A stretch of DNA of 54,339 bases, counting the filler, from Bipalium vagum (Eukaryota), in NCBI GenBank assembly GCA_037834085.1. It is 3 parts of 3 records of this genome, joined end to end, with 100 filler letters (N's around TTAATTAATTAA, not from the genome) between each part and the next. Parts side by side here need not be neighbours in the genome. Positions count along the whole stretch, not along the records: positions 17,007 to 34,056 come from JBBMKC010080821.1; positions 34,157 to 54,339 come from JBBMKC010258438.1; 1 more part is not named here. One strand, 5' to 3'. Of this stretch, positions 27,354 to 39,224 are shown piece after piece (positions within the stretch are counted from its first letter, which is position 1; the number at the start of each line of letters is the position of its first letter). The position numbers were made by a program, and so were the translations under genes. The notes under the pieces were generated by a model. That model saw nothing but the letters and a program-made list of their open reading frames with translations, was not told where the DNA came from and did not search any database.

Positions 27354-27421
27354 TTAGCAAAAATAAAATATTTTCTTTTCAACGGTTGTTTAATTTGAAA
27401 GATTCTACGATATAAAGAAAT

Positions 27422-27948
27422 TACGTCAACTCGTTTTATATACAATATAAGTCGAGGTTTTTTCTATAAAATTTGATGAAAAAAATGGCGTCGACTTATT
27501 TAAGAGTCATAGCAGTTTTAACCAATGTAATGGCTGTATTTATGCCATGTATCACGTTGTGTTCATAATTGAATACTGGTTATCATTTATGTTTCGTTTT
27601 TTTCCAGTTTTTCTCAGCATCACAGTGCTACGCATGATAAATTTATTTCAAATTTCTCACAGCTTTTTTTAGCACGTCGCACACAACTTGCCTATGTTAC
27701 CTATGATGCCATGTTTGTAAATAAAAATATATAAATATTATCACGAATATTTTGCAATAAAGTATCAAAAGATTGACATTTTTTCCTTGTTATTTTATGT
27801 TATTTTCCAAATGTACAAAAGAGGAAACTACCCAGAAATATATTTTTACCTCGACTTATATAAGAGTCATACGGTTTTCCACAGAATTTCCCATTTTTTC
27901 TCCTCGACTTATACACGAGTTCGACTTATATTCGAGTATCTACGGTAA
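27422..27948. mobile_element. Tc2/pogo-type non-autonomous element
   Basis: Right end TCGACTTATATTCGAGTATCTACGGTA (CCGTA-type TIR plus TA); repeated TCGACTTAT motifs; inverted TATAAGTCGAGG at the degraded left end. Confidence 0.75.
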
Positions 27949-28264
27949 TAATTAAAATTATTTAGAAATTTTATAATTAATTTGATGTTTTTCTTTGAAA
28001 TTACATAAGTGCATTTTTTGAACTTATTAATAATAGGAACAAGCATGTATCTAAATCGATATACATTTGGCATTCAATAGGAAAAGAGTTTCACATTTTT
28101 AAACCTGTTTTTAATATTTAATTGAATAGTAAGAATTATTTTTAAGGAAATGTTATACAGCTCCTTGTAAACAAACAAACAATAATTGACAGCAATGTAT
28201 TCCATAACAATTTTCTGTTTATAAATAGTAAATAATGTTTCATTGTATTCATTTTGAGAAAAAC

Positions 28265-29186
28265 ATGTTTAGCTTGAGTTTCCTTATTTTAATAATCAAC
28301 GTTAATTCGTATACAATTTACCAAGTTTCAAGGTCCTGTGTATTTAACAGTTTTCGAACTTATGAACTGCAATCCAAAATCCAGTGTGCTCTTAAATGTG
28401 ACATTAACTATTGTAAAGCGCTGCAATATAATGCTCCAACAAAATCCTGTATTTTGTATGCTCATGACGAAATATGCCAGTCCAATACATCCTGTAGCAA
28501 TGTCACAATATTTATCAATCAAAGAGTAAATGAAATGGTAAGACAGAATATCTTTTGTATTCTTATTATTTTTATACTGTTACTAGTTTCATTCAGACAT
28601 AACGAACCCGAGATATCAAATTTTGAAGAACATCAATTTTACTTATGGTTCAGGAAATCCTTCAGTATTTAATATTAACAATTTTTCTAAAGCAGTTCCA
28701 ATATTAACAAATAAAAATGATAATATTTTAGTAGCAATGGGATATTTTAAAAACAGCAAGCTCGTTTCCTTACCGAAATCAGAAATGGTTTCTTATATTT
28801 TAAGCGGTCATCTTAGAAAATTTTTATTTATTCTTCAAATCAATAATATCATCGAGTTCTTGACCGAAGGACTATGCAAAACCTATACTAAATGTTTTCA
28901 CTCAATTGACAAAGACAAGGAATACATTGGAGTAAACCACCAAGTTTTCGGTATTGACTCAATTTCCGAATTTGATATTGATGATTTGGTCACTGAGATA
29001 ACAAAACACAATTGGCATTTTATTTTAGCAGGAACCTTTTGGGGTGGACATCCCACACGACTTATTCAACAATTTCTCAACATGTACGGCATTTGTGCTT
29101 TAAAAATATCGGATAAAACCGATTATTATGTACGAGGAAACATTTGTAAAAATGTTACGAAAATCAAAACAACGAAATGTGTTTAG
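28265..29186 (+). CDS. Secreted PAN/Apple-domain protein, copy 2 (about 290 aa, 2 exons)
   Basis: Exons 28265-28537 and 28587-29186 with the same 49-nt phase-0 intron; signal peptide MFSLSFLILIINVNS; SKIQCALKCDINYCKALQY...SCILY; paralog of 19027-19945. Confidence 0.85.
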
Positions 29187-29626
29187 AATCAATTGATTTT
29201 TATTGAATTTACGTAATAAAGGTTGTAAAGAATATTTGTTTAAATAAATTTAATTGTTAACTTCTACAGATTTGAAACCTCCTTTGAAGGTGGATAATAT
29301 TTTATAACCATTCTATTTTAAATTTTTAAAAAATTCAAAATTTTAACCCAAAAAAATAAAAATATTTAAAATTAAAAAAAATAATGAAAATTAGTTCTGC
29401 TCATTAGTTTCATTGTGATTAGAAATATTTAATTAGTAGAAATATTTTATCGATTTATTTATTAAATGATCACAAGTAATCGTGAAACGACTTATTAAAA
29501 GTGCAGAAAAATCGATTTTTAAAAATTTGTTATTTCATTTTATTATGCTAATAAAAATTATAAAATATTTTTTCCATAATTTTTAGAATTCATAATTTTA
29601 TTTTTTTCTATACTAAATTCAATCAA

Positions 29627-30078
29627 TACGTAGGTTGCTCGTTTTGTATTGCGAACTATCAAAACTATAATACAAATGCTTGGTTTGACTTTGTTTGTCT
29701 ACATTAACAGGTTTATATAACAATTGGATTATTAAAAAATATGTATAAATCGATAATTTTTGTGGTTTGATTTATTATGATTTTCGACGAGAATTATCTC
29801 AGTAATAATGCGTCAATCAGCTTATTTCAACTTTTGGCAATGAGCTCCACGCAAAGCTACGATACGAGCATACAGTTGAATTTTCTGAGATATTTTCTCA
29901 TGTTTCTGATAGACCTAAATCATTATGGATAAAATGCTTAAAAATTGATTTAAGGCTATGCAATATTTTGAAAAAACAATGGCATAGTTTATTATATTTA
30001 TTTTTATAATTATTATATTATAATTAAATTTTAGTTTTTAATACTTTTTTTCGCAATACATATCAAGCAACCCACGTA
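29627..30078. mobile_element. Mariner-type MITE/deletion derivative of about 450 bp
   Basis: TACGTAGGTTGCTCGTTTTGTATTGCGAA versus TTCGCAATACATATCAAGCAACCCACGTA: roughly 29-bp imperfect TIRs bounded by TA. Confidence 0.75.
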
Positions 30079-30259
30079 CACAAAATGTTTTTAGTCGAAT
30101 GACTAAATAATCAAACACCAGAATTAAATAAAAATCGAAATACAAAAATTAGTGAAATTAAAAATACAATAAAAAAAATACAATCATCTGTTAGGTTAAA
30201 ATCAGTTGTTAGAAACGTGTTGTTTAACTTTATCAAATTATTAATTAGCCCTGGAAATT

Positions 30260-31270
30260 TAACAATTCTTATTTATATAACAATTGTTAAAGTTGTGGTT
30301 CTGCTTTTTGTTGTAGAATCCCGATCCCGACGAACGTTGACAGCTACTTAAAAGCTGATTTCTGGATTCGGGATCGTGAACTCCCCTTGAAGACTGATGG
30401 TCGCCTTTGAATAGTGAATTCACAGCCAAGCTCTCTTTAGAATACAAAAATGACTTGCAAAATGCTTGGGATGCGAAACCATCAGCAAGTACTCGGAATT
30501 TAGAGACTGTACTTCGAGTTTCTCACATCTATTTTGAGGAATAGTTGTTTATATTGTGAAGAAATTTACGCTAAAAAAATTAATTTTTTCGCTCGATCAC
30601 GAAATTTACTTATAACCTTGTATCATATTGGCTAAAAATATAAGTAGTATGTAAATGAGTAGGCAGTATGATATTATGAATATTAAACGATATATCTAAA
30701 CATTAAAAGCTGAACACATCTAACAAGTCCATCGAAAATACTCTTCTTAATACTCTTAAATCCAATTGGTTTTTTGGTTGTTAGAAAGATCTAGGAAGGT
30801 CGAAAAAATATCTAATTTCTAAAACAGATCATTATAAAATATAAATAATATAATGGTAAACTGAAACTGTGCAGATTTGGTATTGATTACTTTGAACTTT
30901 CAATAGGATACGACTTACAAGTTTCTGTTTGTCAGTCATGCTTTAATTAGTAAAAATGTTTATAAAACCCTAGCAATACTTTTATTATTTTAACTTGTAA
31001 GCATTTCATCCAAAAACAACAGCGATAATAATGGAAAAGGTAAATATTTTTCATTATTTATTATTTATTTTTCTCGAGAATTGCAAAATAATATTTTCTG
31101 TTTCAAAATGACCTTTGTACAATCTTGTTCATTGATGATCTGTGCTTTCAATCAGAAACATCAAAGCCAGAAATTTAACACAGATAAAATTGAAACAAGA
31201 ATTTTTGTAAAATAATCTCAAAGTCATTAACAGAGTCATTAACAAGGAGAATATTTGTTAAAGCAGAAGT
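30260..31270 (-). pseudogene. Decayed gene of unknown family, paralogous to 36200-37515
   Basis: LYSKESLAVNSLFKGDHQSSRGVHDPESRNQL aligns with VYPEGSFILNKIVQSEYKLERGV/HDPGLNSQL; upstream frames contain stops. The 5' extent is uncertain. Confidence 0.4.
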
Positions 31271-32941
31271 GAACCTTTTCTAGAAACAATGAGGAGCATA
31301 TTAATTGAGTCACGTTATATATTTTTTTACTTTTGGTTTTAATTAAAGTAAAAGTCGATGAATACAAAAATGTTCTATTAAAAAACTAAATAATTGTAAT
31401 AATAAATCATGATTTTTAAAAAGTTTATTACATATCAGGCCTTTGTGTGCCCTCCATGTCAACCAGCTTTACACATGTCTCTTTTTATTAACATTCACTA
31501 ACATTATTTTATTAACATTCATTCCTAAAAATCCAGTTAGGCCATCTTGTTGTTCTGTTTTCTTCACATTATTTGATTTTATTTTCTTTATGACTGCAGG
31601 TTAAATTTAACTTCTTCTTATGAGCAAAGTTTGAAAATCCTGATCGATGCAGGTAGTTTAAAAGGTGTTGGGATGCACTCTTGAGATCCACGATTTACCA
31701 TATCTTTACAAAAATCAAAAGATGTTCTTGTGTCACCTTTTATGACAAGTTAACTGAGTTTCAGCCAATTTATTTTTTTAAATTTTCCTAAGTCTTCCAC
31801 GTCTAGTCTTTCTTTCAAGACTACATCCTTAACGGTATTCCCGTTATTTTAATATATTTCAGCTGGGCTCTCATAATCCTTTTTTTGGTTTTAAATTTGA
31901 ATTTAGAAATGTGTGGTCTTCATTTTGGACAATTGATCTAAGAAAATTATCAAAATAATGATCATTATAAGGTTACATTTAAAATGATTATATATTATTA
32001 AAAGTATCTTACCTAGTGGTTAAACTAACCGCCTGGTATTTAAATTATTTAAACAAATGTAGTATAATCAAACTTTAATTATCAAACCGCCACTTGTTAT
32101 TATGGCAGCTACATAATTCTTTTGTTATTAATGAAATGGTAAGTGAAAAAATGATTAAAAATCTTTTTTTAATTTTAAAATTTAAACAATTTCATTTTGT
32201 AAAAATACTCGGAACCCGTTTCAAATAAAAAACAAATATAACAGTAACAGAAACATAAAATAAGAAAATCAAACACATTTCACACAACAAATGAAACGTT
32301 TCAAGCTTGAAAATTCAAGGAAAAATGAACTCCAAGACACATCACCATCTTATGAAGAATGATGATGTCTTTCAATAACTTGGTAACAACAGTAACAAAC
32401 AAAGGGGAGATAATTCCCCTGAAAAGAATAAAGATTTCATCAATCAACCAAGTACCATCATCGGTAATTTTTTTTTTAATTTTATAATATTTGAGGAAGG
32501 AAGGATGTGAGCATTTTTTAATGTCGTGCCCTCATTATCTGCAGCAATGATTTTATCTCGTGATTGACAATATTAATTTAAATGAAAAATTAAAAGGAAA
32601 AAAACTAAGAAATTCATGCAAATCCACTCCCCGTGCTCGAAACATAAACATTCCCAGTTAATTAACTAATACATTTTCATACATTAAAAGATTTCCTTTC
32701 ACCATTGAAAACCAAAAATTTTTTTGTGTTTTTGTCTTTTTTTCAAATGGCTTCTTTCTCTACGGAGGAAGAAGAAAAGTTAGAGTCGAGTCTGCCTAAT
32801 GAAACGAAGATTACAAAATACCATTAACAGTACGGCATTGATGGGGCAAAGAGAGTAAAATTTTACATCAAAACAATTACGAGATTTTGGAATATTTTTT
32901 GTTTTTTTTTATTTTTAATATTAATTTTAATTAAGCAAATG

Positions 32942-33048
32942 TTGAAATGTTTCTCCGTCAGGATTTTCTTTCGTTGAGCAAACGAAAGCAGGGCAGTGTA
33001 TTGAGCAACGCTTCGCCCAGGTTTCTGTTACGGGGTGAATATTTTCAA
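32942..33048 (+). ncRNA. Candidate structured RNA element: three-way junction with two GAGCA-loop hairpins
   Basis: Outer stem TTGAAATGTTT-CTCCGT-CAGGATTTT pairs with AGGTTTCTG-ACGGGG-GAATAT-TTCAA; inner stems CTTTCGTT/AACGAAAG and GGGC-AGTGT/ACGCT-GCCC; about 7 G-U pairs on the + strand. Confidence 0.5.
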
Positions 33049-33487
33049 AGTGATTTGGGAGAATATTTTAATCCTTACATCACATTTTTTAATTATAAAA
33101 AAAAACTGAAAGAAAAATGGAAGACGAGTTCGCCTTTGCTGCAGTGTACGAAAGAAAAAGTTCAGAAAAGAAAAATCTCCGTCAATGATTTTTTGTTTTA
33201 AAAAAAATCGGAAAAAATTCCCCTCAAAAATTTTTTTATCAATAAAATCTCATTTAAAACAAGGATTTTTTTCTGAAACAAATCTTTTGTTAGACAATTT
33301 TAATTAAAACTTTTTTTAATTGGATTCTTAAAACAAAATTGTAATGAGAAAGTTTGGGGGATTTTGTGAAAATATTTAATATTTCTTTCATTGTAAAATT
33401 ATTCAAAATTCGGATCAATAGAAAAAGAAATTTATGAAGTGCTGAATATTGATTGAATATAATTTATAATTTTTTCTGTTAATTTTA

Positions 33488-33633
33488 TAGGGCGTTTCAA
33501 CAAAAAACAGAACGTTTAAAATATTTCTGAAAAGTGAAAAAATGATAAATAAAAAGAAAAAAAATTTTCTGTTGGATATTTTTTAATAATTCAGAATTTT
33601 GAAAAAAAGCTCTGATTTTTTGAAACACCCTCT
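33488..33633. mobile_element. Small Tc1-family MITE
   Basis: AGGGCGTTTCAACAAAAAACAGA ... CTCTGATTTTTTGAAACACCCT inverted termini. Confidence 0.7.
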
Positions 33634-33820
33634 GTTTAATCATTAAGCATGTGCTGTAGAAATAACGTTCTTTTGTTTCTAGTAATAGTTTTTGTACAAA
33701 ATTTTATTAAAATAGTTAAAGAAATCATTAAAAGAACGATTTATTAAAAAATTTAAGCAACATGCTCAAAATGCTTCCCTACATGTTCAATATAATCCTG
33801 AATGCTAATAGTAACACTTA

Positions 33821-34056
33821 TAAAGGGTGTCTCAAAAATCACGCAAGATTTGAATTAAATAAAAAACATCGTTTTTTTCATTAAACTGTTAATTTTTTAT
33901 TGAAATATGAAGTACATAGATTAGGGTTATGTATGAAAAACACTGATGGCGAATGGCCTCCACGACTTTGCTGGCACATGCGCACTCTTTTGTTAAAGTT
34001 TTCGATGACCAGTTTGCATATATCTGGCTGAATTTCCTTGATGCAGCATTGAATTT
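33821..34056 (-). mobile_element. Tc1/mariner (rosa/maT-like) transposon 3' end, cut by the gap
   Basis: IQCCIKEIQPDICKLVIENFNKRVRMCQQSRGGH C-terminus; TIR TAAAGGGTGTCTCAAAAATCACGCAAGATTTG. Confidence 0.8.
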
Positions 34057-34156
34057 NNNNNNNNNNNNNNNNNNNNNNNNNNNNNNNNNNNNNNNNNNNN
34101 TTAATTAATTAANNNNNNNNNNNNNNNNNNNNNNNNNNNNNNNNNNNNNNNNNNNN
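34057..34156. other. Assembly gap with artificial TTAATTAATTAA spacer
   Basis: Same construct as at 16907-17006. Confidence 0.95.
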
Positions 34157-34162
34157 AAATAA

Positions 34163-34212
<50 letters not shown>

Positions 34213-34249
34213 TAATAATAATAATTATAATTATAATTATAATAATAAT
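34163..34249. repeat. (AAT)n microsatellite
   Basis: AAT array directly after the gap. Confidence 0.93.
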
Positions 34250-36199
34250 GACAGGTTTTAATATTTTTTAAAATTTTTAAAGAATATTAAAATTTAATTA
34301 TTTTCTTTTTATAATTATAAATTATGATATAATGTGTAATAATATATATTTGTAATAATAAAGAATTCAAATTTTTCCTGTTTACCATGACCACTGGAAG
34401 ATTTTGTTTTGGAATACTTTATCAAGTTTACTTTAAATAGTTACATATTTTATAAATTACTGATAATATTTATATTAAAAATTTATCTTGCCGTCTAGAT
34501 AATAAAAACATAACTTTAAAATTATTGAGCGTTTGGAGGAAATAGCATTCGAAAATTAGATATTGGCAGTCGTCGGTCATTCTCTACCACTATATAAGGC
34601 GAGGATTTAGTTCAGAAATTTTCCGAAAAAAAATAATATTTTTTAAGTGTTAAGTCTAAAGGCCTGTTCTTCTTCATCTTCAAGACTTCCTCTTGACATT
34701 TAAGATGGAAAAACTAAGTGCGAAGCTTCAGTTCCTTATTCAAATTTCAATTTTTTCAGTGAACAAAAATTGTCTTTTATAACTTGGTTACTTGATACCC
34801 AAAACCTCATGTTACCATTGTGCCTTAATATCTCGACTTTGTTTCATTCTGATACTTATTTTTGTAATAATTACTTATTATTGTAAATTATTAATAAACT
34901 GCTTGCTTATTTATGATGTAAAAATAATAATTGAAATAAAAATTCATTTGATAATCTTAATAGGTCAAGCTATATTGTATTACTGTAATCATCAACCAAT
35001 TAATATCAAATGAAGTATACGTATCATTTAAAACTTTCTATTAATATTATTATTATTATTATTATCATTATTATCATTAATTTTATTATTAGTAATAGTA
35101 GTGTAATACTAGTTATTTATTAGATGATTTCAATACAATATCTTACTTTGCACCAATCTGTACACCATCTTCAGTCAAGCCTATAACTCGTAAAAGACCG
35201 TCAATATATTCGAGAGAATTTTGGTAAACTTAAAGAAAAAGTTTTTAAGTGTATCAAAATGTTTTTTCAAACTAAAATTTTAAATAAAAAATATTTTCTT
35301 GAATTTTTCTTTCAAAACATTTTTTTACAGAAAAAATTTCAAATTTTGTAAGTAAAAAAAAATATATATATATATATATACATATATAATGGTTATTTTT
35401 ATGTAAATAGTCTGCATGATTTTCAAAATTGGCTATTATACTAGCGTTTGTTAAAAATGGTGAAAATCGTTAAGACTAACAATAAGAATAACAATAGACC
35501 TTATGAAATAAATGTTTACGTTTATTATAATTCACGAAAATTATACTTTATAACTTACTGTGATATGAAAATTCAACCTTCTTCAGATTCTTGTTATGAG
35601 AAAAATTAACCATTAAAGACAAAATAAGCATAATTTTTATATTTTTAAAATTCACCCAATTCATTGAACTAAAAATTAAAGTATACGTCAAATGTTAATA
35701 GGTATTTCCAGTCCATAATTAATTTCTTAATCGTTTTTATTTTGAAATATGTACGATATATTAAATGCTGTAATTGAATCTTTTAAACAAAATGTATTTT
35801 TTTAATAATTTATCTTTATTTTAATATATAACTTAAATAATTATTCTATATTAACAAAAATAATATAATTCATTTTTAAAATAATTTTTTATTGTGAATC
35901 TTATTATATTTTGAATTAATCTTAATTTAGATAAATGATTTTAATAAAATAATTTTTCGGATAAAAAAAATATCAATTTTAAAAATTGTATATAATTATT
36001 ATAATCAAATAGATAACCTAAAAGAAAAATGTGAAGAATAAATTATTTAATAGGAGCTAAGAAATTTCAAGCTTTATTCAACTAAAATTAGTATATTTAT
36101 TTAATAAAATATATATTTAGCACTGTTAAAATTATTTTGATATCAATAAAATTCGGATATATAATATGTTATAAAAACCTTTAAAATTTTTTTATAAAA

Positions 36200-37098
36200 T
36201 TTATAATGATAATAGATGATAACATATAATTGAGTCAAGATCTCGATGACCCAATGGTGGATACAGTCGGTGATTCCAAGTTGACTGTTTAATCCAGGAT
36301 CGTGAAACTCCTCTTTCAAGCTTATATTCGCTTTGGACAATCTTGTTCAAGATAAAGCTCCCTTCAGGATACACCATCATAGTCAGTGCATCTGGTATAT
36401 ACGTGGTTAGCTAATAATCACAATATTTTGAATTCAAAACGAGCTGTACTGAAGACACTTTTGCTCTTGTTTGTATTTTTTTTAATTTATCTTCATCTCT
36501 TCGAAACTACAGACCATTTTCTCTTCCTCTTTAAAGTTACAGATACATAGCAACCATAGAAGTACAAATCATCAAGCTGGGGATAAATCTCACTGAACAT
36601 CCTAAAATAATTCCAAAAAAAATTTCTATTTTTTATTTGAAACTCACAATTTCTTCATAATATTACTTTTTAAAGATTTAAAGATGCTGATCATTCAACT
36701 AAAAAGGATGACTGTCTTTGTAAGTGGAAATGCAGAAAGGGGAATGGCTCTGTCAGTGATGGAGAAATATTCTCTGTGGGATTGAATTGATTGGTCAGGT
36801 TATAGAATTGTGTCCGATTCAGTTGGAAATGATTGGATGAATACATCAATCCAGAGTCCTATTATCCTTATTTTATATTCTATAGATATTTCTGAGAAAA
36901 GCAAAAAAATCAATATTATCAGCTTTGGACATTTATTTTTTTCAAGACAATCCAAGATAATTAAGTTTGTATTCAACTTTATTGTTGATTTAAATTCTAT
37001 TTTTTATTTATTGATTTTTTAAAACTAGTTTATAAATTTATAATAAATACTTTAGAGGTTATCTGTCGATAATCATTTAAATAATAATAATAATAATA

Positions 37099-37149
<51 letters not shown>

Positions 37150-37515
37150 GTGAATAAAAACCTATAAATAACCATCTTACTAATAAAAAATAAAGCATTT
37201 ATTTTTCTCATTTTCATCATTGCCCGGATTATGGACTTTTAAGAATTCACTATGAGATGGCTGAATAAAAGAAAAATAGATAATGAAAGGAAAATAAAAA
37301 ATTATTACTTAGCTCAGTGAGATGCGTTCGAGATTCGGAGCTTTCTGTAAAGGTATGTCTTTCATTAGTTTATGGAAAATAGGAGATGAAGAAAGTTATC
37401 TCTAATATTTGCCATGCAGCAGTGGCTGCTCTGATCGTTGATTGTCTGGTATAGAAAATCTGAAAACTTCTATTTAATGGAGTACCAGAGTTCTCACATT
37501 CAGAAACGAACTAAG
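36200..37515 (-). pseudogene. Decayed multi-exon gene with LRR-like (F-box/LRR-type) phrases
   Basis: Splice-like boundaries remain (GTGAGT near 36648, TTTTAG near 36602); fragments SFLNVRTLVLH*, LQKAPNLERISLS*, CPKLIIL; stops and frameshifts in every frame. Confidence 0.4.
37080..37149. repeat. Head-to-head (AAT)n/(ATT)n microsatellite
   Basis: An AAT run directly followed by a longer ATT run. Confidence 0.92.
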
Positions 37516-38029
37516 GTAAAGATTGATCAAAAGCAAAAATGAAAAAAATGAAATTTGCGTAAAACTAAGTAAGATTGAAGTCCAAATATAGCTTAGTTAT
37601 GTGATTAGAAGTTAAAAAGAAGTTGAGTTGAAATCAAATGATTAGAAACGAATTTTAATTGATACAAAGCAGAATTTTGTCTAAAATTATATTGTTAGAT
37701 AAAAAATGAAAAATATTGAAGAAAATTTGAAACCGAGTAATGTGTATTCATTTTGTGTTGATTAACCTTGTGTGCATTAACATAGATAAAATTGTAGAAA
37801 TTATTTGCTTTTGTTAGATTTGACTGCGTCGAGAAAGACTATTACTGAGAGATATATAAATATAAATAAAGTTTGAAGTAACAGTTCGAGATTGTAGTCT
37901 TTCGTATTAGACGTGTATCAAATGTTTTCATTTTTTTAGATTTTGGTAGTTGCTTGTAGACTGTTAAAAGTCAAAAAATTGTACATGTGACCATATGGTT
38001 TTTAGTTTTTTCTTTTAAGTTAAGCCAAA

Positions 38030-38720
38030 GAAAAAACTGGTTCATTTATTCAAGAGGATTACTAAGATCACTTTAAAAACTTAAATGCCTGATAGTTAAA
38101 AAACAGATAACTAATGTTCATTTTATTTTATGTGATTGTCAGAAGTGAAAAAACAGCATGGAAGACAGCATATCAAAATACGATGGTACATGGAAGTACG
38201 AAAAACTAGTGCCATTGAAAAAAACTTTTTTGTTTTAGTCTAAAGCCAGACATTGTGCCGTTTATGATTGTCTAATCTTGACAGTGTCAAATATGGAATT
38301 TCCCATATTAGATCAGGATCCGCAATTAGATACAATTTTACCAATATGGTCTTAAAAGGATTTGATATTTCTAATTAGGAATACTGGTCTACGACTGAAT
38401 CGTCGTCTGATCAATGAAAAGGTGTTCGAGTCCTCAATGAATTAACCAGAATTTAGAAATTTGTTGAGTTATTACTATTTTCGTCGGAAACTTTCTATTT
38501 ATAGAAGAAATGTTATTGTAAAAGAACATTCATTTTCAGAAGAATTTTTATTGTCAGAAGAATCACTGTGGGTGAATATTTACAAATTATTATTTTCTTT
38601 TGATCCTATTATTATGCAACAAGACAAAACGATTGGTTTTGCGCTGTTAGGTTGTTTATGAGCCAATCGTTTCAGGTTCATATAACGACCCGAAGATCCA
38701 TCATCATCAAAAGTGGTTTT
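38030..38720 (+). pseudogene. CANX: Calnexin-like pseudogene fragment (N-terminal lectin domain)
   Basis: LSEVKK/SMEDSISKYDGTWKYEKLVPLKKTFLF*SKARHCAV matches calnexin WILSKAKK..EIAKYDGKW..GLVLMSRAKHHAI; downstream YKLL...QDKT...FRFI*RPEDP matches YVKLL..HDKTPY..HFIFRHKNP; stops and frameshifts. Confidence 0.75.
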
Positions 38721-39224
38721 TCTTTTCATTTACTTTACGATTAATTAACTCTTTAAAATTTAAATTAATTTTGTATTTAGTAATTATTATTTATTGATTA
38801 TTACTATATTAGATTTCTTTCATTATATTTGATTCTTTTTTATTTATTATTTTTTTATTTATTGATAGTGATTGACATTTTGAGAATTGATGTCAATTTG
38901 TTTACTTTTTGTGTGAATATTTTCTGACATTCATTTGTGTATCTTTGTGTTGACAAAATAAAGTTTTGTTGTAATTGTTTTGAATAAATTATTTTCGAAT
39001 ACATTATTGACAGAAGTGAAAGGGTCAGTAAAAATAACAAATTAAGTGGTACGAAAGTTTTCATAGCAGTATAAAGCTTAATAATAACGTTATTTATTTT
39101 TTGTTTTTATGTCATCGTTGTTTTAAAGTTATTGTTTATCATTTTTATCACAATTAATATTATTATTATCTCTGGCGTAGGATTCAGATAACCTCTTCAC
39201 TTTTCTTTTTTAATGAATTATTTT

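Noticed and set aside
27422-27948. Spaced TCGACTTAT repeats as a CRISPR-like array
   Set aside because: Eukaryotic context, irregular spacing and mixed orientation; they are subterminal repeats of a Tc2/pogo-type element.
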